From Seison nebaliae (lineage: Eukaryota), in NCBI GenBank assembly GCA_023231475.1, contig JALJEE010001544.1, forward strand, positions 124,001 to 164,218: a stretch of 40,218 nt of DNA, given 5' to 3'. The notes under the pieces were generated by a model. It was given only the letters and a program-made list of their open reading frames with translations. It was not told where the DNA came from and made no database searches. This document shows positions 1 through 10,540 of this stretch, piece by piece. The first letter of the stretch is position 1; each line of letters starts with the position of its first letter. The position numbers and the translations under genes are program-made.

Positions 1-533
1 AAATACACAAATGTGACTATCGAATAAATATCAATATTTCTTGAATTAAAGAAGAAAAGATATTTTCAAAGTTTAAAAATTAAGCTTTGAGAAAATCGAT
101 TAAGAAATAGTTATTACTATTTTTTATTATAATATATTTATACAATATTTTATTTAATATTTAATTTGTAAGTAATATTTCATTTTGATCTTCAATTTCA
201 AATTTGAAAATTATGAAGTCAATTTCTATCCATTTTTATACATCGGAATTATATTTTTGAATTCCAAAAAATTGATTAATCTTTTTTAATCAAGTTGAAT
301 TACTTTACTCGAATTTTTAATATTTTTGTTCGAATTAAAATTGTTAATTATTGTCATCTACTCGTAAAATGTGCAATCTGTTTCGAATTCCCTTATTATT
401 AATAATTCTTATTGGATTTAATTTTGGAGTATTGTTTTTAACATTTAATTTTAGAAGAGATTAATGTTTAGAATTTATTAAAATTATTTGAACGAAATGA
501 AAAGAATATTCATGAATTAAAATTTAATTAAAT

Positions 534-3500
534 TTATTCGACGGGAGGAGAGGTTAGGAGTTGAACAACTGTCCGACCATTTGTGTCCATGTTAACCGGT
601 ATTGTGGACGCTAAAAATAGACGAGAAAAATTAAATTAAAAATAAACTTAATTAATTAACTTTGTAGTAAATGGTCATTTGCTTCGTTGGAATTAATATC
701 TTCAAATTCTTCTTCATTTGCAGATAATCCATCAATTCCCTCATTCTCTACTTCTTTTAATTCTTGTGGAGTTGTTTTTTGAACCATTTGATTTTCGAAT
801 AATTCGTTAAGTTTCGTAGAAGTTGAAGCGACACCCCCTAATTCTTTCGACTCATCTATAGTTTTCGTCAATTCTTCTGCTTTTATTCCTCCAGCTAATG
901 GTCTTTTTATTTCTTTTTTTATTTGCTCTTGTGCTTCTACTTGTTGTACTTGTTCTTGTTCTTGTTGTTCGTGTTCTATTTGTTCTTGTTGTTCTATTTG
1001 TTCTTGTTGTTGTTTTTGTTGATCCTTTATGTTAAATTCTTCTACTTGTTCTCTCGGTAATCTTTCAGATATCTGTTGATTTTCTGTTTCATCTATTTCT
1101 TCAACTGGTTCTTCTTCTGACGACATTTCTACATCTTCCACTGGCGATATGGATTCATCTGGTAACTTAATTTCTTCCACCTTAAATTCTTCTTCTTCTT
1201 CAATTTGATCTTGTTCGTTATCTGAATTTATTTCATTCGTATCTAATGATACAGTTTTGGAAACGGTTTCTTTTTGTGGTTGCTCAGAAATTGACACACC
1301 ATCATCATAATCTGGTATATTATTCGAATTTAAATTATTCGTATATTCTCGGAATGAATTGATTGATTGTAGATCGATGTGATCCTTATATTCTTCTTCT
1401 GACATCATTCCATGATCATTGTTATCGATTGATTCTGAATTGTCACTTGGATGCATTTCTATTTCATTTGGTTTCATCGAATCATATTGTTCATTCTCCT
1501 CCTCCATTGTGTCCATCATTTCTGTAGTTTCAGGATTTCCTTCCGGTTGTTCCATTTCGGCAGTTTCTGCTGTAATAGTTGTCGTTTTTTCCGTTTTCAG
1601 TTCTTCCTTTTTCAGTTTCTTATTCAGTTGCTTCATTTTTCTCCTCAACATCTTCTTCCATTTTCTCTTTAAATTCCTTTTATTTTTTCGAAGTTTTCGT
1701 TTATTTCTCTTCTTTGAATTGACTTTGAGAATGGGCAAAATTTTGATTTGGGGATTGGGTTCTACTATTTGAATTGGCTCAGGATTCATGGCAATTGGAA
1801 CTTTTCCATTTTCCTCCACCAATTTCCATTGCGGATGTTGTCTTGGATTCGTTAACAAATCCTCCAAATTATTCACGTTTTGCTGAACAGGTTTATAAGA
1901 AAAAGTTTCTGGATTGCTTCCCAATAATTGTTGTCGATTATCAATTTTATGATATTTTATTTCTCCCAAATTGTTCGGTATTTCATTATTGAGATCTCTT
2001 TTATATTGGATGTTATTTTGGGGAATATTTTCCAATACTCGAACACCACGTTGTGGTAGAAATTGGGGATTTGTTTCACCAATATTAGCTTTAACCACCG
2101 ATTGCGAACCAGACGGTTGGAATTCCATTGGAACGATTTTTATATTCAATTTCTTCTGTTGTTCATCAGTGAAGAATTTGAGACCGGCCGTTTTTAATTT
2201 CGGATCAACAGCTATCTCCGGTTTTGGTTCCACTTGATCCTGCACCGACGGTTTTGGAGGCAACTTTTCTTCAATTTGTTTGATTGGAATACTTCGTCTT
2301 CGAGATCCATATCTTTCCCGTCGATCATTCCATCGATAATTCTGTTGTTCTTCTTCGAAAGGTGGTGGCGATTCCTCTCGTGCCATTAATTGAGTTATCT
2401 CTAAATCTTCTTGATCCGTTTCAGATTTAGCAATTGATTTGAATGATCTTTTCTCATATTTCCCGTCTTTATCCATCATTTCGATAGTCATCGTATTTTC
2501 GAAACTGATTCCATTTCTCTTCTTTAATTCTCCTAAAAATAAATTGTTAAGAATTTTAAATAAAAAATAATTATAAATTAATTTACCGTTCGATTTATAT
2601 TTGACTGTTCCATATTCATAACTTTCCTCTTGAATGACATCTAACGATTTTAAGCATGAACCCAAATTTCCTGGTAGCCAATTTCCATCAACATCACAAA
2701 CTCGTTCTGATGGTTCATCCATAATCAATCCGTTCTTGCATTGGTATGCGATAAATGATCCACTTCTGAACACTTCACCTTTATCAATAAGAGGGAAGAA
2801 GACTCGATGTTTCCTCGTTTCATATAAGTCTCTTCGAACTGGAGGAACAGTTCTACAAACCTACGATGTCCAAAAAAGAAAATTTCAATTCTAATTTATT
2901 ATCTCAATAATTCAATAGACACTACTTTTAAAGGAGGAGAAGTTGTTTTGACGAATTCCTCCATCTTATCTGCACTTGGTATATTGACGATGACATCCGA
3001 TTTCTTCGTATTCAACCGACTGGGAACCATATCTCCTTTCGGTATTGCCACTGTTTTATTCACATCCGATTTATCATAAATTAATGATCGTTTCGATTTC
3101 TTTTTACAAACTCGATTCTTTAATTCCTCCATTTGATCGTCCGATAATAATGATTGTAATTTCAACATTACTTTCTTCACACCTTCTTTACCTTTCTCTT
3201 TCAACACATCGATCAAAAGAAACCATTAAGAAATATCAGAAAACTTTTCAATTTATCCTTCTTCGATCCACCTTCCGTCGTACTTGCTGCTGTTGTTGAA
3301 CTTCCTGTACTTTCACCATCACCATCACCACCGTCTCCTTCCGTCGTACTAGAAGTTGATGGTTCAGCTGCTCTTTGTTCCGCTTTCTTATTCTCCCCTA
3401 AAAAATAATTGTTAAAATATAAATATTTAAATAAATTGAACCTCCATCAGCTAATTTTCTCCAATACAACACCGAATGTTTACGATCACACACGTCCCAT

Positions 3501-3755
3501 GCACGATCTTTATCGAAATTATCAGTCAAAGAACACCAAACGTCATCGGCAGTTTTCTGATATGCCAATTTGTTTGCATCAAATGGAATACATTTTCTAT
3601 ATTTTTTCCCTTCGAACTTAAAAGGAAATACACAATCATCCGACGGTTTCGCTATCGACACAAAAAGTAAATGAAATTACTAAAAATTCATGAAAAAAGA
3701 AACCACATTGCAATACGGTAGGTAGTGCGAAAATTAAGAAAAATAATTTCCACAT
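534..3755 (-). CDS. Secreted protein with fibronectin type II and Sushi/CCP domains and a long charged low-complexity C-terminus (7 exons)
   Basis: Signal peptide MWKLFFLIFALPTVLQC; FN2 motif CVFPFKFEGKKYRKC...WCSLTDNFDKDRAWDVC; Sushi C...FIAYQCKNG...RVCDVDGNWLPGNLGSC. Frame-restoring introns: 3652-3703, 3398-3441, 3198-3244, 2861-2925, 2533-2586, 611-660. Stop at 534-536. Confidence 0.75.
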
Positions 3756-3795
3756 TTATATTCCACTTCGCTACTCTTCATCTAACGCTATCTCT

Positions 3796-3803
3796 CTTTT
3801 ATA
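3796..3803 (-). promoter_or_regulatory. TATA box of the FN2/Sushi gene
   Basis: TATAAAAG on the minus strand about 40 nt upstream of the ATG at 3755. Confidence 0.4.
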
Positions 3804-3981
3804 TCACCAATTCAATTGTCAATGAACTTAAGTTATTTCATAAAAATAAAATTACTTCTCTCAAATGTCATCAATTTTCTTTCAATTCTCACGTATTATG
3901 ATGAAAGTTTTTATAATTTTATGACTTTAAAGAAAAAGTAGAAAATTGTATTAATGTAAAAGAATTTATATAATAAAATCT

Positions 3982-6404
3982 TCATTTTTCTGGTGTCTTC
4001 TCTTCCTCCTCCTCCTCCAAACTTTCCTCTACAACATCGAGAGCAAATTCTACTTGAAATTGTTCGTTATCTTCAATTCGATCGTTACGTGAAGGATTGG
4101 GTAACAAGGGAGCACACACTTGTCGAATATATTCTAATGTTCCTGTCATTTTCTCGGAAACTGTTTCGAATTTGAAAATGTCATCAATCTCTTCAAACAA
4201 ACAATAATCAGAAAGTTCTTCATCTTTTATCAGTTCAGGCAATTTATCGGAAATTTCAAATGCCAATAATTCCCTTAAACTGGCACGACATAAATGTTTC
4301 AATTTCGGACAACGAGTATTACGAAATAAGAGAATTTTCCTGTAAAAATCGAAGTAAGTCGATGCGCATTGACTGAGACCTAAGTTGAAAATTTCATGAA
4401 CATTCTCAAATGGCATCAAATTTTCGAACGGTTCGAAATTCCATCGAACGATTTGATACAAAGTTACCAATAGAATTAAATTCACTGAATCTTCACTAAT
4501 TGTTTCGTTACAATAGAATTTCAAAAATCTTTCTGTGTTAATTTCAGCGATATTTTGAAGGAAATGAAGAATGATTCCGAAATTATTTATTCGAAGTAAC
4601 GTCCGTTCTCCCAATTGTTCGAAACGGAGTTTTATTTCATAGAATGTTTCGAGTAATAATTTCGCTCGTTCAATCATTTTCAAATCATAATTACAATCCA
4701 CTTTCGGTAGAGGTTTATGGAAAATGTTTTCAATTCGGTGAGTATGGAATGTAGTCATTTTGACGGATTTGTTACTATTTGGAATATCATCATTTCGATA
4801 ATATTTAAATTTGACAAAAATCTCTTGGAATATCCGATGAGCCATATCTCTCAACTCCTGATCACCTTCGATGATGGTGAAAATGATAAAATCGTAAAAA
4901 TCATCAAATTCACCATCTCCATCCATTACCATCATTCGCCATTGGGCTGATGGAATTAATGAGAATAAGAGTTTAATCGATGTAAATATTTCGATGTTGG
5001 AAACTAAGGGACCTCGATAATTTAATGCGCTACACATCGCCAAATTGAGAGGTGTTTTCTTAGTATTTGTCGTCGCCCAAATATTTCCACCTGCATCGAT
5101 GATTTTATTGATCGTATCATATTTCAATGTTAAAGCAGCGTAATGTAAGACGGACATACCATAAACATCAGTAGTATTAACATCAGAAAAACCTTGGAGA
5201 AGTAGATTGAGGATGGGAAGACTGGGACAATCTAATCGATAAATTATCGAATAAATTAATGGAGTTCGTTGGAATTTATCAAACGTGTTCACTTGAGCGT
5301 CATTTGATATTAGTAAATTGACAGTTTCCAATGAAGCAAACGCAGCTGCCGCATGTAATGCTGTAGTATCGTAATGTCCACCATGTTTATTAATATCGAT
5401 ATTGTAATGAGCTACAAGTGTTTTGATAATTCCGAAATGATTATTGAAAGTGGCATAATACAATGGCGTGTTAGACGCTCCGTTCATGAAATTCACATCG
5501 ATTTTAGGTATCTGAAGAAGAAAATGATCAATTTGAAAATAATCGAGTAAACTGATAAAATTGTCTGTAGTTCTTCCAATCTCTTCTCTCTCACTGTCGT
5601 TCTTAACGGTTCCCATGTACTGTCCATGTATTCGATCGTGTCCTCATCCGTCGGTAATGTGGTAGTTGCGGCAAAATCTTCCAATAATTCCGGTTTTATT
5701 CGCTTAATATAATCGTCATCTACAAACTCTTCATCGACGAACGGAAGACAATTTGCAAATTCTTTCGCTATTTCCGCATTTTTCGCAAACTGATATGGAA
5801 CGCCACCTGACAATGCTAAAGATCGTAATACTCTAAAAAAAAAGGAAATTAATTTTTCAATTTCAACAAATTCTTTATCATTTGAAATTTCTTTTACACA
5901 AATTCCATTAAATTTCCATAATTAATTAAAAATTTTCCATTAAATTATTTTTTATTTGATATTTCCCTCAATTTCTTTCCCACAAAATTGTTTTTGATTT
6001 CTTTATCGTTTTATGATTATGTTTATTAATAAGTTACTTTCGATTGTGTCAATATTACACAAGCTCAGATAATTTTTTATATTTATCATATGATGGAGAT
6101 TGGATAAAGAATTCAATTTAAATGAGAAGCACAAAATAGTGAAGATAAGTGGAGGAAACCGCATGGTAATGGATGGGGACGCCGAAAATTATATAAACGA
6201 CGTTAGTTCACTTCTCACTCAATGTAGTTAAACTAACATCTTATTGGGTTGTAATCGATATTCGTAACTTTGATGTTTCTTTTTTGTCATTCCTGCTGGT
6301 TTGGTGAAAACCATACATTTTGCCATCCCTTCTGGATTCCATAATTGGTTAATTGCCGGATGATTATTCTTCGTGTATAACGTATCGATTTGAGAACGTA
6401 TCAT
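3982..6404 (-). CDS. Ankyrin-repeat and SOCS-box protein (ASB-like); exons 6238-6404, 5553-5832, 3982-5511
   Basis: Ankyrin repeats (NTPLYYA, TTALHAAA, RTPLIYSI, MSVLHYAA, KTPLNLA) and SOCS box CPKLKHLCRASLRELL...LP. A 41-nt intron (5512-5552) joins ORFs 5493..5813 and 3982..5616. Exon 1 (ATG 6404, GTTAGT donor, phase 2) matches the phase-2 acceptor at 5833 and is the least certain part. Confidence 0.75.
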
Positions 6405-6997
6405 TGTTTAAAATAAATGAATAAAAATTTCCTTTCAATTCATCATTCATTTGTACACTTTTATCGTTAGCCCAATATCGAAATTCAATGGGCAATGGAA
6501 GCTGGTCGACGAGCAGAAGCTCATTACAAAGTTCTTTTTCTATTCTACTATTTTATTTCATATCCTCTCCTCAGTTGTTAGAACGATGTGGTGGAAAGAA
6601 TTTAAATCTGACAATGTATGACGATCAAATTTATCAGAAATTTCGTGAGGATTTCCCCGATTTTCACGTCAAGAACATTGACGAGAAAGAATTAAAATCA
6701 GCTGCTGCCAAAGAAGTTTCTTTCTATTTTGTTAGAAGAAATTTTTAAATTTTCAAATTTTTAGAAATGGAGAGAGTTTTGTATGGAATTCAAGGAAATG
6801 AAAGATTATAATGTGGGGACATTGATTAGATTATCGTGTGAGAAAGATTATTCACCGGATAATTCCATCATAGGTTAATTAATCTTCTACATTTTTAGAA
6901 ATATTTTCTTCATTCTACAGTTGTCCGAATACAATTTTTAGCGATCGAAATTGCAAGAAATCGAGAAGGAATTAATCTTCCATTATTAAAAGAATAA
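6163..6997 (+). CDS. PBDC1: Polysaccharide biosynthesis domain-containing protein 1 (5 exons)
   Basis: Spliced protein AENYIND|PNIEIQWAMEA...LTMYDDQIYQKFREDF...ELKSAAAKE|KWREFC...GTLIRL...RIQFLAIEIARNREG matches PBDC1 motifs. Introns 6202-6470, 6531-6574, 6716-6764, 6874-6920. Confidence 0.92.
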
Positions 6998-8670
6998 ACA
7001 TTTTTATTTTTCATAAAAATTGTTATTTAATAAATTTTTTAAAATTCCTGATCATAAGAAATTCTAATTATATAACAAAATGTAAATTACAAGAAAAGGA
7101 TAATAAGAAAATTTAAAATAAAAATTGTGAAAAATTCAAAATTAGGAAAAACTTTAAAAAAACTGGTTGATGATAGAATGAATATGATATTATTAAGATT
7201 TTCGTGGAATTAAATGGTTTGATTCCATTGAGATGTTTGATGAATCATTAAGTTGAAGATGATTTGACAAACATTGGGATGATGTACATGACGATGATAA
7301 TGTTTTAGTGAACTTAAATGGATTATTGATGATATTCGGATAAAAGTGAATGGAATTGTCATGTGAGAAGGAGAAATGGAGATTGTTGATATATGAATAG
7401 TTGTCTATTTGCAGTTTCTCGCAATCAGTTATCGCAAAGCAATTAGTCAATTTAGTCAATTAACTCAAACTCGATTATTTCATTAATAATTGAATGGATC
7501 TATCTAGAGATAGATGGTAGTACTATTAAGAAATTAGGTGTGTGTGTGTGGGGCAGGCAAATTGATTAGATGTAATGAAAATGGGATTATATTTTGATTG
7601 TTTGCACGGTGGGACGGCATGAATGGAATAAAAAGAAAGATTTTATTCGTTGAAATAACATGAGAGATGATTGATTCTTCGAGAGAATTTACAGTTTTCC
7701 TTATGAATTGTTTATCTTCTTCGGTTTAGTCTAAAATTAGTCGTAGTAACTTGGCTGTTTGGAGCGATATTGTTTGCTTAACTAATTCAGCAATGGCAGA
7801 TGATGAAAAAGGAATGACGAAGTAAGCGCAAGTGAATGAGTTTATTCACATAAGTTAACTGTAAATTGAAGAGTGACGAAACATTCGATCACAGATGAAA
7901 TAATGATGTTGATAATTAATGTGACAAATTCTACGGCAATTTCTATCTTTCTTCGTCTTTTCATTTATGATTTCGGGAGAAGAATTCTCCTAATGATTAA
8001 ATTGGATGGAATGAAACGAGCCGACATTCATGTCAATTCGTCTCAACCATCGAGAAGTTCATATAAATTCGTTTTATATCGTAAATTGAAGTCACTCGCT
8101 AGTTAAACTTTACTTTCACAAAAAATTAATGTTAGGTTAAGAAATCGTTTTTACGGTTTCCGTTTCTCTTCACAAACTGTACATAGTATCATTAGAATAA
8201 GGGTGGAAAATAAGATAATTCGAAATGTGGAAATATGATGGTACCGGTGCAGGTTATTGTTAGTGGAAAGTTGTTTAGAAGAATGGACTAGACTAATTAA
8301 CTACTAATACGATTACAAAGGAATAATAATATAGTGGAGTGAAGGAGGGAGATGAAGAGGCCAGAAGAAGAGAATAAGAGTTCAATCACAGCATGTGGTG
8401 GATGTTTGGATAATAGATATATGGATATGTCATCAAATGTTCGAAAGAGATATGCGCGATTAGCATGATTGACATCAGTCGGAGAAGTTGATACAGCGCT
8501 CACTTCTATTGTCTCAAGCGAACAATTGTGTACAAAAGGTGAGATGGTTGTGAGTCGAGAGAGGCAAACAATTATGATTGTGTATTACCAGAAGAGAATG
8601 TTGATTGTTTTCACACTTCTACTCCCTCCTCCTCACCACAAAGCCCAACTGAAGTGAGATCGTTGAGCCG

Positions 8671-8723
8671 ATTGGCAAATTCTTTTATCTGACTATTATC
8701 TGATTTGTCTTATAAATATAAAG
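8671..8723 (+). promoter_or_regulatory. Putative core promoter of the NR2E-like gene (inverted CCAAT plus TATA)
   Basis: ATTGG at 8671-8675 and TATAAATATAAAG at 8711-8723, about 110-160 nt upstream of the ATG at 8835. Confidence 0.4.
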
Positions 8724-8834
8724 ATTCCTCCCATTTCTCAACCATTCACTTCTCATTTTATTCTAATTCTATTTCCAATACAGATTCATATAATCTTTTT
8801 CATCTTTCTACTTAGTCCTGATAATCCACTAAAA

Positions 8835-10453
8835 ATGATTACGGAAAATTTCAATTTGAATGATATTATTCTCCAACAAAACCGTTCAAATCTCATGCAG
8901 CAATCGCGTCGTGGTAGATACAACGGAAGTCATCATGTCAAAAGTCGATCGAATAACTTACTAAAAGAAATTTCACTTTGTCTCGTTTGCGGCGATCGTG
9001 CTAGTGGCAAACATTATGGTGTGATGAGTTGTGACGGTTGTCGAGGATTCTTCAAACGTTCAGTAAGGTTAAAAGATTTTGAAGTTAAAATATATTCATA
9101 ATTAATTCTTTATTTAGACGAAGTGTTGATTATGAATGTAAAGAGAATAATCAATGTATTGTCGATGTTAGTCGTCGGAATCAATGTCAAGCGTGTCGTT
9201 ACAGGAAATGTCTCTCCGTCTCTATGAATAAAGATGGTTAATTTTTAAGAATTTTTTTTAAATTTCAAATTATTTTTTAGCTGTTCAACATGAACGTTTA
9301 CCCAAAACATCATCGAATACCACAAATTCCAATAGTAACGGTAAAAAAAAGACGAAAACGGAAATTATTAATAATGCTGATCATTATCGACAACAATTAT
9401 TGAAAGAACAATTGAAGAATACTCAGTCGTTACAACAACATTATTTGAATGGAGTTGGACATCCCATGATGTATAATTCTTTCGAAGTTAATCAACGAAT
9501 AAAAAAGTTGGGGAATGTTCCACCGCCGTCATATTCGTCGACGCCGCAAAAGAACGAACCAATGAAATCGATTGATAATCAATCGGAAATGAAGAAAGAA
9601 GATGTTTTGAAATATCTGAAGAATATCGTGCTCTTGAAAGCTTTCATTAATCAGAATCGTTCCAGCGAAGAATCGAATGGTGAAGATGATGATCAAAAAC
9701 CATCAATTTCACCATCATCCGACGAAAACTCCACGAATTCACCTCCAATCAATAATAAATCATTCAATATCGATTCTTTAGTATCGATGAAAAATAAAAA
9801 TAAAAAACGACGTCATTCATCCAACTTATCCTCATCCAGTTCCATTTCATCTACTTCGAGTGAAGAAGGATCGAAACGAATGAAAATCATCACACAATTT
9901 AATTCCAACATATCCAACGACGTCCCAAAACTTGACTCAATTGATGTAAACGGTTATTTTCCAGAATTATCTTTTTTTATTCTATAATTTTTTCTTTCAA
10001 ATTTTTAGATAGTGGAATTCAAACGGAAATTAAACGTTCGATCAATTCTCATTCATATCAGATATTTCTCCACGAAATCTTAAGTGAAATTAACGACAAC
10101 TATCAAATTCCAATTTCACCTACAGAAATTTCAATAAAAATACAGAATCTTCTACATGTCATTTATCAAACGAAATCGTCTGAATTACTTTCATCATCAA
10201 ACGAAAAAATTAATCTCCTATCACAACTCGTTCGAGAACAGAATGATCAAAATCAATTTTTGAGAAACTTATCGATCATTCTAATTATTTCCAATATTCA
10301 AATTGGTTAGTTTCTATCATTGTTATTAGAAATTTTAAATTTAATTTTCTTTCAGAAGATCAATTGAAAAAGAGAATTCTACAAGATTTGTGCGAGAAGA
10401 ATAACGGACATCTTCCCCTCTATCTTCAATCACTCTGCATTCTCCAATGTTGA
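8835..10453 (+). CDS. NR2E-family nuclear receptor, NR2E6/PNR-like DNA-binding domain, divergent C-terminus (5 exons)
   Basis: C4 zinc fingers [61 protein letters not shown] and T-box D|AVQHER. P-box CDGCRG is, as I recall, typical of NR2E6. Introns 9068-9117, 9237-9280, 9953-10008, 10306-10355. TGA at 10451-10453. Confidence 0.85.
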
Positions 10454-10540
10454 ATTTTAATTAAGAACAAAAATTTTCTATTTATTTCTCCAATTTATTT
10501 CGATATAAAACTTTATAAAAACAATAAAATTTTAATATAT

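Noticed and set aside
1419..2237. Plus-strand ORFs antisense to the FN2/Sushi gene, and similar shadow ORFs (10821..11192, 20964..21287, 31680..32006, 33368..33598, 38506..38853)
   Set aside because: Antisense shadows of real coding exons with no recognisable motifs.
5493..5616. Apparent frameshift or pseudogene between overlapping ORFs 5493..5813 and 3982..5616
   Set aside because: Resolved by a 41-nt GTT..CAG intron at 5512-5552.
6240..6400. Intronic snoRNA or structured RNA in the long PBDC1 intron (stems AATCGATA/TATCGATT and TGGTTT/AAACCA)
   Set aside because: No convincing C/D or H/ACA boxes. An antisense coding exon with a phase-matched donor explains the intron length better.
7193..8657. 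Short ORFs upstream of the NR2E gene
   Set aside because: No domain similarity, and I found no splice chain linking them.
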